From Candidatus Woesebacteria bacterium GW2011_GWB1_39_10 (GTDB lineage Bacteria; Patescibacteriota; Microgenomatia; UBA8517), in assembly GCA_000993205.1 (NCBI GenBank), contig LBVU01000002.1, forward strand, positions 28,250 to 92,249: a stretch of 64,000 bases of DNA. Reading direction: 5' to 3'. The notes beneath the pieces were generated by a model, which worked only from the letters and a program-made list of their open reading frames with translations, had not been told where the DNA came from and searched no databases. Position numbers and translations under genes: made by a program. Below are positions 38,980 to 50,866 of this stretch, piece by piece; the stretch's first letter is position 1; every line of letters begins with the position of its first letter.

Positions 38980-39594
38980 TTAATCCGGAATACAGACGTA
39001 GCAGAGATCTGTTACCCAATTTGTATCACTTCCCGTTGTGCAGGCGCCATTGACGGCCACCGTTCCGTTCGCTTGAAATGAAAGACTGTGTACTTTGCTA
39101 GGAGTTGAGGTTGCCGCCTTGTCGCGCTCTGACTTGGAAATGGGGATAAAACAGGCATAAACACTGGCGGATGAGGTCCCGGCCTTTCCTATCATGATTT
39201 GCTTGTCAGCTGTAGCGCCGCTGACCCAATCACGGCTCAAAAATTCAGTTTTAAGTTCGTCATTGGTAATCAAAATACCAGATGTGGAACAGTCGCTTCC
39301 GCAGAGCCCAACAGCTTCACTCGAAGCCGAGAGAAACGCAAATTCTACATCCGAAGATGTTGTACAGCCAGCCGCAGCACATCCTTCCCAAGGAAACTTA
39401 CTGTGAGATGCATAATATCTTTCAACCGCTGAAATAAGTTGCCCGCCGTCTGCCTTAAACCTTGCGTCCCTTGCACGATTGCTTTGTTCAATGGGATTAA
39501 TAGCAGCAATGACAATAAGAGCGATAGCGCCAAGAAGCCCTATAACTATGAGGAGCTCAACTAACGTAAAACCTTTGGACAGATACTTTTTCAT
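38980..39594 (-). CDS. Probable major type IV pilin
   Basis: KGFTLVELLIVI...AAINP.EQ..RARD. Confidence 0.85.
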   Translation of the reverse strand: MKKYLSKGFTLVELLIVIGLLGAIALIVIAAINPIEQSNRARDARFKADGGQLISAVERYYASHSKFPWEGCAAAGCTTSSDVEFAFLSASSEAVGLCGSDCSTSGILITNDELKTEFLSRDWVSGATADKQIMIGKAGTSSASVYACFIPISKSERDKAATSTPSKVHSLSFQANGTVAVNGACTTGSDTNWVTDLCYVCIPD

Positions 39595-39641
39595 CTACAA
39601 ATAAGTATTCTATGTTTGAATATGCTTGTCAAGTGGCTTCT

Positions 39642-40052
39642 TTAAAACAACTTCAATTTTAACCCTGCCAACCTAATTTTTCTGATTATTTCGTGTTTAA
39701 ACCACTTTTCCTGAAACTCAACCTGTTTTTCAATCTCGCTATCTGACAGGGTGCGACCCTGTCCAACGACAACCAATTTATCATCGTCGTCATCAGTACG
39801 CTGAATAACGGCACCACAGACTCCTTTGAATTTTTCTAAGGGCTTATTCTCGCCAAGTATAAACGCATCTAACTCATCACCGTCACCTGAGGCTGTATTT
39901 GGAATATATCCGTAATTGACCGGATAGATGTAATTATATTCCGGGTGTTTACTACCCAAGGGCCGATCAACCACAACTTTCATCTCTTTTCCCAAAAAAT
40001 CTTTCGCGTTTGTCAGTTGATCGATTTTACCATTTGTAGTCCAAATGGCCAA
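39642..40052 (-). CDS. Inorganic pyrophosphatase-like protein (short form)
   Basis: DRPLGS.HP, YPVNYGYIP.T.SGDGDELD, DDDKLV. Confidence 0.8.
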   Translation of the reverse strand: MAIWTTNGKIDQLTNAKDFLGKEMKVVVDRPLGSKHPEYNYIYPVNYGYIPNTASGDGDELDAFILGENKPLEKFKGVCGAVIQRTDDDDDKLVVVGQGRTLSDSEIEKQVEFQEKWFKHEIIRKIRLAGLKLKLF

Positions 40053-40088
40053 GCCCTGCTTATCGTGTCAGATGGTATAATTCTTATT

Positions 40089-40667
40089 ATGTATACCGAA
40101 TTTGAGGCGACATTTACAAACATTGATAAAGACGACATAAGGAATCGTCTTAAAAATGCGGGGGCAAAACTGATCCGTCCTGAATTTATGCAAAAACGTG
40201 TGGTTTTTAATCTGCCACAAGGACACGAAATCCCCGGCGGATGGTTAAGAGTCCGCGATGAAGGGGATAAAATCACAATGAGCTTAAAAATAGTAAACGG
40301 AGACAAAATTGAAGATCAAAAAGAAACACAGTTAACGGTTAACAGTTTTGACGAAGCAGCAACAATTTTGGAAACAATAGGTTGCGACAAAAAAGCGTAC
40401 CAGGAAAGCAAGCGCGAACTTTGGGAATTGGACGGAGCAGAAATCACCATCGATGAGTGGCCATTTCTAGAACCATTTGTGGAAATTGAAGGAAAGTCCG
40501 AAGAAGAAGTTAAAAATGTTTCGGAAAAGCTTAATTTTGATTATAGCAAGGCAAAGTTTTGCGCGGTGGACGTTTTATATAGTGAAAAATATGGAATAAG
40601 CCAAGACAAAATAAACAATCACACCCCCGAAATCTTATTTAACGGTCAAAATCCGTTTATAAATTAG
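40089..40667 (+). CDS. CYTH-domain (triphosphate tunnel) protein
   Basis: EFEAT N-terminal motif, WLRVR, RELW, FVEIE; TATAAT 7 nt before ATG 40089. Confidence 0.85.
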   Translation: MYTEFEATFTNIDKDDIRNRLKNAGAKLIRPEFMQKRVVFNLPQGHEIPGGWLRVRDEGDKITMSLKIVNGDKIEDQKETQLTVNSFDEAATILETIGCDKKAYQESKRELWELDGAEITIDEWPFLEPFVEIEGKSEEEVKNVSEKLNFDYSKAKFCAVDVLYSEKYGISQDKINNHTPEILFNGQNPFIN

Positions 40668-41869
40668 AAGCTACTAGTCAAATTATAAATTGGTAAGATA
40701 ACAGCAATAACTAGAAATCCCACTCCAAGTCCCAACATTACCATTACCAACGGTTCAATTGCGGCTGTTAACCCTTTTACCTTTTCGTCGCTTTCCAGTT
40801 CAAAAATATGACTGATTTTGGTTAAAACCTCATCCATTTTTCCGGTCTCCTCACCAACCGCAATCATCTGGGAAAGCAAAAAGGGGAAGGCCTCGGGGTG
40901 TCTGGCAAAAGAAAATGCAATCGGAAACCCTTTCTCTACTTGTCTGGAAGCGTCTTTTAAAGCATCTGATATCACGCTGTTTCCCACAACCTCGCTCGTT
41001 ATGTTTAAAGCTTCCAAAATTGGAACTCCCGCCCCAACCATTAAGGATAGTGTTCTTGTAAGCTCGGTCAAAATTATTTGTTTTTGAAGGTATCCAAAAA
41101 CAGGGATTTTAAAAATAAGTTCATCAACTTTTCTTTTTCCAGTTTTTGTGCTTTTATAAAGTTTGAATAAATAGAAACCAAGGCCCGCTATTGCCAAAAC
41201 GATAAACCAATAACTAACAAAGAAATTCGAAATTCCGATTAAAATTCTTGTAGGCAAGGGAAGTGTGGCATTGAACTCAGAATAAAGCGAGGTCAATCGT
41301 GGAATAACGAATATCATCATTATAAAAGCAACTATCACCATGCCGGTTCCAATAATTGCGGGGTAAATTAAGGCGCCTTTAACCTTGCCGTTAAATTCCT
41401 GCTGCTTTTCCAAAGTATCAGCCAACCGAAGAAGTACCGCGTCCATTACCCCTCCAACTTCGCCCGATTTAACCAGAGCCAAATAAGTTCTTGAAAAAAT
41501 TTTTGGATGTTTATTCATTGCGCCGGAAAGAGATTCTCCTGCTTCAACGTCCGCCAAAATTTGCGCAACAACTTTTTGCATAGCGCCATTACTTTGAGAT
41601 CTAAGTATTAGAAGAGCTTCTGTTATAGGAAGCCCTGCACTTATCATTGTTGAAAGCTGACGGGTAAAAGTTGAAACGTCACCTGTGGTAATTCGCTCCT
41701 TAATTCTTTTTATAATGGAAAAGGGCGAATCCATTTTTGCGGAAATTGAAATAACATAAAGCCCTTTGCCGCGAACTAGTTTTGCGGCATGACTCATGTC
41801 TGCCCCTTCAACTTCGCCGGCTACCAGCCTGCCTTGTTTGTCTTTTGCTTTATAATTAAACCTCTTCAT
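40664..41869 (-). CDS. pilC: Type IV pilus platform protein PilC (T2SS F family)
   Basis: FTRQLSTM..AGLP, GEVGG, ALIYP, VGEETG, AAIEP. Confidence 0.95.
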   Translation of the reverse strand: MKRFNYKAKDKQGRLVAGEVEGADMSHAAKLVRGKGLYVISISAKMDSPFSIIKRIKERITTGDVSTFTRQLSTMISAGLPITEALLILRSQSNGAMQKVVAQILADVEAGESLSGAMNKHPKIFSRTYLALVKSGEVGGVMDAVLLRLADTLEKQQEFNGKVKGALIYPAIIGTGMVIVAFIMMIFVIPRLTSLYSEFNATLPLPTRILIGISNFFVSYWFIVLAIAGLGFYLFKLYKSTKTGKRKVDELIFKIPVFGYLQKQIILTELTRTLSLMVGAGVPILEALNITSEVVGNSVISDALKDASRQVEKGFPIAFSFARHPEAFPFLLSQMIAVGEETGKMDEVLTKISHIFELESDEKVKGLTAAIEPLVMVMLGLGVGFLVIAVILPIYNLTSSF

Positions 41870-41964
41870 ATATATATAAATAGCTTAATTACAAGCTTAG
41901 TCCACACAGAGTCTTCGAGGTGTCTTCTTGGCTTATAATTAAATCTCTTCATGCAGAAGTTTTT

Positions 41965-43023
41965 CTAGACACTACGCACTAAACGCGACAATTCTTCGGG
42001 CCTAAGGGACCAGCTTTGGGCAACTTCCATAGATACTATTCCACGCCTTACCAAATCCGCCAGAGAGCGTTCAAGCGTGCTCATTCCGGCCTCCTGCGAA
42101 GTTTCCAAAATACTCTCAATCTGATGGGTCTTGCCTTCACGAATAGAAGTCTTTATGGCGGTGGTTCCCAGCATTATTTCGTAAGTTACAACGCGTCCTT
42201 TGGTTGTTGAGGGGATCAGCCTTTGGGAAAATACCGCCTCAATAACATTCGATAGCTGAAGTTTAACCTGTCCCTGCTGTTCCTCCGGAAATACATCTAC
42301 TATTCTGTCAATTGTTTGAGCGGCGCTATTTGTATGAAGTGTTGCAAAAACCAAATGCCCCGTCTCGGCAACAGTTAATGCCGCCGCGATTGTTTCATAA
42401 TCGCGCATTTCCCCAACGAGTACTACATCGGGATCCTCTCTTAATGCCGATCTGAGAGCTGTCTCCCAGGAATGAGTATCACTCTGCATTTCGCGCTGAG
42501 AGATGATCGATTTGATAGGTTTAAAAATAAACTCAATTGGATCCTCAATTGTTACAATATGAGAAGCGCGGGTTTCGTTAATTTCATCTATCATTGCTGC
42601 AAGAGTAGTTGATTTTCCGTGACCTGTTGGCCCGGTGACAAGAACCAGTCCTTGCCTTAAGGTTGTAAATGAATGAAGAATTTTGGGTAACCCCAGAGCG
42701 TCTATCTTTGGAATCGTTAAAGGTATTTGTCTAAAAGAAACAGCCGTCGTGTTTTTCTGGGTGTACGCATTAGCTCTAAATCTGGCTTTATCAGAAAACG
42801 GCAACGAAAAATCAATTTCTTTGTTTACAGTTAATCTCTCTATCTGCTCACTCGTAAGAACTTGTTTAAGAAGTCCGCCAATCGAATCCGGCGTAGAAAT
42901 ATCTGTACCCGGCGCAGCCAAAAGCTCGCCATCTATCCTTAAAGTAGGAGGAACTCCTGAAACCAAATGCAAATCGCTGGCTTTTAGATCAACTACTTGT
43001 TGTAATAATTGTTTAATATCCAT
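41965..43023 (-). CDS. pilT: Pilus retraction ATPase PilT
   Basis: GPTGHGKSTT, TIEDPIE, LREDPDVVLVGEMRD, TGHLVFATLHT. Confidence 0.95.
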   Translation of the reverse strand: MDIKQLLQQVVDLKASDLHLVSGVPPTLRIDGELLAAPGTDISTPDSIGGLLKQVLTSEQIERLTVNKEIDFSLPFSDKARFRANAYTQKNTTAVSFRQIPLTIPKIDALGLPKILHSFTTLRQGLVLVTGPTGHGKSTTLAAMIDEINETRASHIVTIEDPIEFIFKPIKSIISQREMQSDTHSWETALRSALREDPDVVLVGEMRDYETIAAALTVAETGHLVFATLHTNSAAQTIDRIVDVFPEEQQGQVKLQLSNVIEAVFSQRLIPSTTKGRVVTYEIMLGTTAIKTSIREGKTHQIESILETSQEAGMSTLERSLADLVRRGIVSMEVAQSWSLRPEELSRLVRSV

Positions 43024-43110
43024 AACTTTTAACTAAAAACTAATAATTAATATGTAATAACTTCATTCATCAGTTTTAAATTATTAATTCTAAATTATTA
43101 ATTCGTGGCG

Positions 43111-44853
43111 CTATTCCTGAGCGACACGCAGTATCTCTTCTACTGTAGTGATTCCTTCGGCAACCTTCAAGTACCCATCCTGTTTAAGCGATATCATGCC
43201 ACCCTCCCTGGCTGCGCGATCAATATCTCCGGCAGAAGCTCTTTCCAAAATAAGTTTACCGATTTTTTCAGTTATAGTAATCGTCTCAAAAATTCCCATC
43301 CTTCCCAAATAGCCCGAGTTTCCGCAATCCGGATCCCCTTTACCTCTATAAAGTTTAACCTCACCCTGAGACTGCCAAAGACTGCCTAATTCTTTTTTCA
43401 TTTCACCAACAATTTTAGGGTCTGGGGTATAGCTCTCTTTACAATCGTCATGAATTTTTCTAACAACTCTTTGGGCAACAAGGCAAGTAATGGAGGAGGC
43501 CAATAAATACGGTTCCGCACCCATGTCCAGTAGTCTTGGCAAAGCGCCCGAAGCGTCGTTTGTGTGAAGTGTAGAAAATACCAAATGCCCCGTCAAAGAT
43601 GCCTGAATAGCAAGATCTGCGGTTTCACTGTCGCGGATTTCTCCCACAAGAATGATATTGGGATCTTGTCTAAGGAAAGATTTTAAACCATCTGCGAATG
43701 TTAGTCCCACGGCAGAATTAATTTGCACTTGATTTACCCCCGGTATTTTATATTCGATTGGATCTTCCAATGTCACAATATTTACTTTTGGGGTATTAAG
43801 TCGCGATAGCACAGAATATAAGGTCGTGGTCTTTCCGGAACCTGTCGGACCGCAGATTAGTATTATTCCGTGCGGACGCAGAATTGCGTCCTGAAGATCT
43901 TTAAGGCTTTTTCCCCGAAGTCCCAATTCCTGAAGAGTTGGAACTCCTCCGGACTTTTTTAATAACCTCATAACTATTTTCTCCCCCCAGGTTGTGGGCA
44001 AACTGGAAATACGAAGATCTACTTCTTCCTCACTGCCTTTAAAATTAAACCTGCCGTCCTGAGGAATTCTTTTTTCATCAATCTTCATTCCGCCTAAAAT
44101 CTTTATCCTACTTATTAATGAGTCGTGCAGTTCCTGAGGAATAGTAAGCTTCTCCTGCAAAATTCCGTCAATTCTATAACGCACGCGGGTTGACTTCTCT
44201 TCAGGCTCAATGTGAACATCGCTAGCTCTTGATTTAATGGCAAAATCGAGTATTTGGGAAACAATCTCGGCTATTTTTTCTTCCCTTATAAAACCGCCCC
44301 GTGATGATTCAATTGCTTTTACACCTTCTTTTTCTTCCGGAGTAACCTCCTTCATTGCAGCCGTAACCTGTTTCGTGAGAGAGGTTGTGTAGCGGGTTTG
44401 AATAAAATCATCCACCTTCATGGGCTCCGCCGCATATGTTTTAACGTGTAACCCCGTCTTTTGTTCAATAAATTCTATGGCCGCCAAGTCCAGCGGGTCA
44501 GCCATGGCCAAACCCAAAATTTTATCTTTCTTATCGTAATTAACAGGGAAAACCCTAAATCTTTCCGCAACCTCCGAGGGAAGAACCGCTAAAGCGTTGG
44601 GGTCGATTGGGGCGATGTTTAAATCAACGTACGGAATATTATAAAGTTGAGCCTTGGCCTGAACAAGCTTATCTTCAGGAACCATCGAAGCTTCTTTGAT
44701 AATATCTTCCTGGGTTTTTCCGCTTTGAATTTCGGTAAACTTTACCTGTTCGGCCCGCCGGGCGTCAAGTGCCCCAAGTGTCACTAAAATATCGGCAAGA
44801 GTTCCGGTGGAGTTTAAACTATTGGTACCGTTTACAGGTTGAGCAGTGGGCAT
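43111..44853 (-). CDS. pilB: Pilus assembly ATPase PilB (GspE family)
   Basis: ASDVHIEP, PQDGRF, GPTGSGKTT, LRQDPNIILVGEIRD. Confidence 0.95.
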   Translation of the reverse strand: MPTAQPVNGTNSLNSTGTLADILVTLGALDARRAEQVKFTEIQSGKTQEDIIKEASMVPEDKLVQAKAQLYNIPYVDLNIAPIDPNALAVLPSEVAERFRVFPVNYDKKDKILGLAMADPLDLAAIEFIEQKTGLHVKTYAAEPMKVDDFIQTRYTTSLTKQVTAAMKEVTPEEKEGVKAIESSRGGFIREEKIAEIVSQILDFAIKSRASDVHIEPEEKSTRVRYRIDGILQEKLTIPQELHDSLISRIKILGGMKIDEKRIPQDGRFNFKGSEEEVDLRISSLPTTWGEKIVMRLLKKSGGVPTLQELGLRGKSLKDLQDAILRPHGIILICGPTGSGKTTTLYSVLSRLNTPKVNIVTLEDPIEYKIPGVNQVQINSAVGLTFADGLKSFLRQDPNIILVGEIRDSETADLAIQASLTGHLVFSTLHTNDASGALPRLLDMGAEPYLLASSITCLVAQRVVRKIHDDCKESYTPDPKIVGEMKKELGSLWQSQGEVKLYRGKGDPDCGNSGYLGRMGIFETITITEKIGKLILERASAGDIDRAAREGGMISLKQDGYLKVAEGITTVEEILRVAQE

Positions 44854-44973
44854 ATTTATAGCTAAAAACTTAGAGCTAAAATCTAAGAGCTCTAAATACA
44901 TTATTACCTAAAGCGCCGTTAGTATCAAGATCCCACTTGATTAGTTGTTAGTTATTAGATATTAGTTAGTAAT

Positions 44974-45606
44974 ATGCATGCATACCTTCTGATAAATCAA
45001 GACTTAAATGTCAAAAGTCAAATCGAGGATTTGGCGAAAAAATTGAATGCAAAGATGTTGAGCTTTCCGATTGTTAAAGTAGAGGACACCAGAAATTTGA
45101 ATGATCTGATCAGATTAAGTTTTAATGAACCAACTTTGATAATTTGCGAACGGATCAACGAAGCGGGAGATGAAGCTTTAAATGCATTTCTTAAAAATTT
45201 GGAAGAACCGCAAGAGAATATTTATTTTGCCCTGACTGCGCCGTCTGTAAGAAAGGTTTTGCCAACCATCGTCTCACGATGTGAGATTGTAAAAATTCGA
45301 AGCACGAATATCGAAATCCGAAACAATGATGAAATTGAAAAATTCCTAAATGGGAACGTTGGGGAAAAACTTAATTACATCGATAAAATCAAGGATAGAA
45401 ATAAAGCCATAGAATTAGTCGAGAATTCGGTCATTTTCCTTCATGGAACACTACATGAAAATGCTGTAAAATGTAAAGTTCAGGCAAATAACATTGAGGT
45501 TGCCATAAAAACTCTTACTGGACTAAAAGCAAACGGCAATGTAAATTTACAACTGACTAACATGCTAATTAATATCTCGAATCTAAAAACTAATAGCCAT
45601 AACTAA
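44974..45606 (+). CDS. holB: Truncated DNA polymerase III delta-prime-like protein
   Basis: ALNAFLKNLEEP, LPTIVSRC. Confidence 0.75.
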   Translation: MHAYLLINQDLNVKSQIEDLAKKLNAKMLSFPIVKVEDTRNLNDLIRLSFNEPTLIICERINEAGDEALNAFLKNLEEPQENIYFALTAPSVRKVLPTIVSRCEIVKIRSTNIEIRNNDEIEKFLNGNVGEKLNYIDKIKDRNKAIELVENSVIFLHGTLHENAVKCKVQANNIEVAIKTLTGLKANGNVNLQLTNMLINISNLKTNSHN

Positions 45607-45670
45607 AAACTAATTAACTTTTCAGAAGATTTTTAGTTCAAAAATATAGATTTTAGATATTAATTTTTAG

Positions 45671-47710
<2,040 letters not shown>

Positions 47711-47736
47711 ATTTTAATTTTTGGTATACTTCAATT

Positions 47737-48411
47737 ATGAAAACTGCGGTTGTAATTGGTGCAAATGGAGGAATTGGCAAGGAACTATCCAACACACTTA
47801 AAAATGATGGGTATAATATTATTTCTGTGGCACGATCTTCTGATATCTCGTGCGATTTAACTGATTACAATCAGATTGAACAGGCAATTGGTGAAATAAA
47901 AAAACTAACAAATAAAGTCGATCTTCTGGTTAATGCAGCGGGTGTCGCAACTTATAAAAATTTAAGCGATGTCACCAATGAAAACATCCAAGAAGCTTTT
48001 ATGGTTAATGTAATAGCGCCTTCAATTTTTATCAGAGAACTTAGCACTCTCATGACCCACAAAGATGCGTTGATTTTAACTATTGGTTCAGGTATGGGAA
48101 CAATTCCATCAAAAGGGCGAAGTATTTATTGTTCCACCAAATTTGCTATTCGAGGACTATCTCTAAGTCTTAGTGAAGAATATCAAGATAAATATCCCAA
48201 GTTTTGTTTGATTACATTAGGAAGCACTTTAACCAGTTTCGGCCCAATGACAGTTGAGGAAAAGAAAAAAGAGTTTAAAAAGGGGAAAGCATACTTCCCT
48301 GTTGAATGGGTTGTTAACAAATTAATGGAAATCATAAAAGGCAAAAGCAGGAGTGACGAGATAACTCTTTTCCCTGGTGAATTTGGCTTCGGCACTTGGG
48401 TAAAACCATAG
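47737..48411 (+). CDS. SDR family oxidoreductase
   Basis: GANGGIG, NAAG, YCSTK. Confidence 0.9.
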   Translation: MKTAVVIGANGGIGKELSNTLKNDGYNIISVARSSDISCDLTDYNQIEQAIGEIKKLTNKVDLLVNAAGVATYKNLSDVTNENIQEAFMVNVIAPSIFIRELSTLMTHKDALILTIGSGMGTIPSKGRSIYCSTKFAIRGLSLSLSEEYQDKYPKFCLITLGSTLTSFGPMTVEEKKKEFKKGKAYFPVEWVVNKLMEIIKGKSRSDEITLFPGEFGFGTWVKP

Positions 48412-48445
48412 AATTTAAGATTACGAACAATTTGTCTTTCACTAT

Positions 48446-48942
48446 CATAATATATATTATGTAAGTATGACACTCATTTCCAAACATCCATTAAGAGGTG
48501 ATACGCTACAACGAACTTTTGAACTTTTTACACAAACAATTCTAAACATCAAAGACAAAGAAACTACTAAAAACTTCATCGACGGATTCTTCACCCCCAC
48601 AGAAAAAATCATATTTGCTAAACGAATTGCCATTTACGTAATGCTTGCTAAAGGCAATAATTATATAGATATTATAAGTCTACTTAAAGTTAGTCCGCCC
48701 ACAATCGCGCGTGCAAGTAGCCACCTAAAATATTCACACGAATTAGATAGCGTCATTAAAAAAATTCTAATTAAAGACTCTGCAAAAGAGGCTATTGAAG
48801 AACTCGCGAGTGTCTTTGATATTCCAGGAAAAGGTAGGAGTTTGTCATCAGTAGGAAAAAGCAGATTTGAGAGATCGAAAAGAATTGCCAAACTTAAAAG
48901 CGAATTCTAGTTCTACTTACATAATATATATTATGTAAGTAT
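48446..48942. repeat. 23-bp direct repeat with palindromic core flanking the TrpR-like gene
   Basis: CATAATATATATTATGTAAGTAT at 48446-48468 and 48920-48942; 28-bp perfect palindrome at 48914-48941. Confidence 0.9.
48467..48910 (+). CDS. TrpR/YerC-like helix-turn-helix protein
   Basis: FTPTEKIIFAKRIAI..ML..G.NY..I...LKVS..TIAR. Confidence 0.8.
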   Translation: MTLISKHPLRGDTLQRTFELFTQTILNIKDKETTKNFIDGFFTPTEKIIFAKRIAIYVMLAKGNNYIDIISLLKVSPPTIARASSHLKYSHELDSVIKKILIKDSAKEAIEELASVFDIPGKGRSLSSVGKSRFERSKRIAKLKSEF

Positions 48943-48953
48943 TTACAACTAAA

Positions 48954-49517
48954 TTAAATTGACAAAGTAATTAGGTTCCGTTGGGTTGTTTTATCACGGC
49001 GAAACGAAGGAAGGATTGGATCATCAAAGGTACATTTTGAGTCAATCGTTATATCTTCATTTTTAACTCCAAGCGAAACCAATTGCTGTCTTGCAACTTC
49101 ACTCAAATCCAAGAATGTACGACCACTGTTCAAGGTGACACCTTTGACGTATGACGAGAATTTGGAAGCAACGTCTTCTTTAACTTCGTAGTGTTCCGGA
49201 CAGATGTGTGGTCCGATAATGATTTTCAATTTTCCAGTTTCCATTTTCCATTGATTTTCCATTTTCTGAATTGTTTTGACGATGATTTCGTTCTCAAGTC
49301 CCCTCCACCCGGCATGAATAAGACCGATTCCTCGACCTTTTTCGTCAACTACAAAAATCGGTAAACAATCAGCAACACGAACGCCAAGAGTGACGCCGGG
49401 ATCACTTGTTATCATCGCATCGCAGTTGGGGATAGTTGTCCCAATATCTTTTTTACCAACCATAACGACATTATTTCCATGAATCTGTTGCATCAAAATA
49501 ACATCTTTCATTTTCAT
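48954..49517 (-). CDS. YfiH/PgeF family (polyphenol oxidase / purine nucleoside phosphorylase-like)
   Basis: QIHG, DAMIT, VADCLPI, HAGWRG, GPHIC..YEV, SFRR. Confidence 0.9.
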   Translation of the reverse strand: MKMKDVILMQQIHGNNVVMVGKKDIGTTIPNCDAMITSDPGVTLGVRVADCLPIFVVDEKGRGIGLIHAGWRGLENEIIVKTIQKMENQWKMETGKLKIIIGPHICPEHYEVKEDVASKFSSYVKGVTLNSGRTFLDLSEVARQQLVSLGVKNEDITIDSKCTFDDPILPSFRRDKTTQRNLITLSI

Positions 49518-49565
49518 ATCATCCTATTGTAAATCGTAAATCGTAAATTGTATAATTGTCAGAAT

Positions 49566-50042
49566 ATGGATTTTAAAGCATTCATCGAAATTCCACTCAA
49601 CTCAAATATTAAATATGAGGTGGATGAAGAAACGGGAGAGCTTACAGTAGACAGATTCCTGCACACCGCAATGAGCTACCCCTTCAACTACGGTTATGTT
49701 AAGGGCACCAAAGGAAAAGACGACGATCCACTTGATGTTTGTATCTTTTCCTCCCTTCCCGTTACCCCCGGAGTAGTTATGAAATGCCATGCTATCGGAC
49801 TTTTGGAGATGGAAGACGAAGGCGGAATAGATACCAAAATTTTTGCCGTTCCCGATAAAAAAATAGATCCAATATTCGGAGTTTGGACAAATATTAAAGA
49901 TGTGCCGGAAATAATTTTATTAAGAACCAAACACTTCTTTGACCATATGAAAGAGCTTGAACCGGGTAAATGGGTTAAAACAGGAGAATTCAAAGATGCT
50001 CCTGAAGCTGAAAAAGAAATCGATGCTTCCAAAAATAAATAG
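49566..50042 (+). CDS. ppa: Inorganic pyrophosphatase
   Basis: EIP..S..KYE, YPFNYGY, DDDPLD, DEGGIDTK, KELEPGKWV. Confidence 0.95.
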   Translation: MDFKAFIEIPLNSNIKYEVDEETGELTVDRFLHTAMSYPFNYGYVKGTKGKDDDPLDVCIFSSLPVTPGVVMKCHAIGLLEMEDEGGIDTKIFAVPDKKIDPIFGVWTNIKDVPEIILLRTKHFFDHMKELEPGKWVKTGEFKDAPEAEKEIDASKNK

Positions 50043-50049
50043 CAGTTCT

Positions 50050-50826
50050 ATGAAGAAAATTTTATTGACTTTGTCAGTTTTTGTTTTGCTTCTCGTCGTT
50101 TTTTCCTCTCCCGTTTCTGCAAATCATTCGTGGGGTGGATATCATTGGGCAAGAACTGCAAACCCTTTTACCTTGAAACTGGGAGACAATCTTTCTCCAA
50201 ATTGGAAGCCATTTTTGGCAACGGCGTCTGCTGATTGGTCTACATCTACCATACTTGATACAACAATTGTCACAGGGCAAGGCGGCAAAAACTGTAAGGC
50301 GACTAACGGGAGGGTTGAGGTTTGCAACAGAAAATACGGAAACAACGGTTGGCTGGGAATTGCCCAAATATGGATTACCGGCGGAGTACATATAACTCAA
50401 GGGGTAACCAAAATGAATGATACCTATTTCGGTAAGCCTGCGTACAATACACCAGCCTGGAAACAAATGGTTATGTGTCAAGAAGTGGGACACACATTGG
50501 GCCTTGATCATCAGGATGAGATTTTTGACAACTCCAATCTTGGAACCTGTATGGATTACACAAGCGATCCAAGCACAAACCAGCATCCCAATCAGCATGA
50601 TTATGATGAGTTGGATACTATATATAGTCACCTGGACAGTTTCACCACGATTGGCCAGGCTTCCGGACAGGTTACCAGACAGCTTGGACAACTCGCAGCA
50701 AACCAAGATCTTAACAATCCCGGAGAGTGGGGTAGATCAATACGGGATAATGGCAAGGTTGCCATATTTGAACGCGATCTTGGCTTGGGAAATAAAGTCT
50801 TCACATTTGTCATTTGGGCCAAATAA
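50050..50826 (+). CDS. Secreted metzincin-like metalloprotease
   Basis: Signal peptide; QEVGHTLGLDH zinc motif and TCMDY Met-turn. Confidence 0.75.
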   Translation: MKKILLTLSVFVLLLVVFSSPVSANHSWGGYHWARTANPFTLKLGDNLSPNWKPFLATASADWSTSTILDTTIVTGQGGKNCKATNGRVEVCNRKYGNNGWLGIAQIWITGGVHITQGVTKMNDTYFGKPAYNTPAWKQMVMCQEVGHTLGLDHQDEIFDNSNLGTCMDYTSDPSTNQHPNQHDYDELDTIYSHLDSFTTIGQASGQVTRQLGQLAANQDLNNPGEWGRSIRDNGKVAIFERDLGLGNKVFTFVIWAK

Positions 50827-50866
50827 TTTATTTCGCTCCTTCATTTTGCGATGATATACTAAATAA

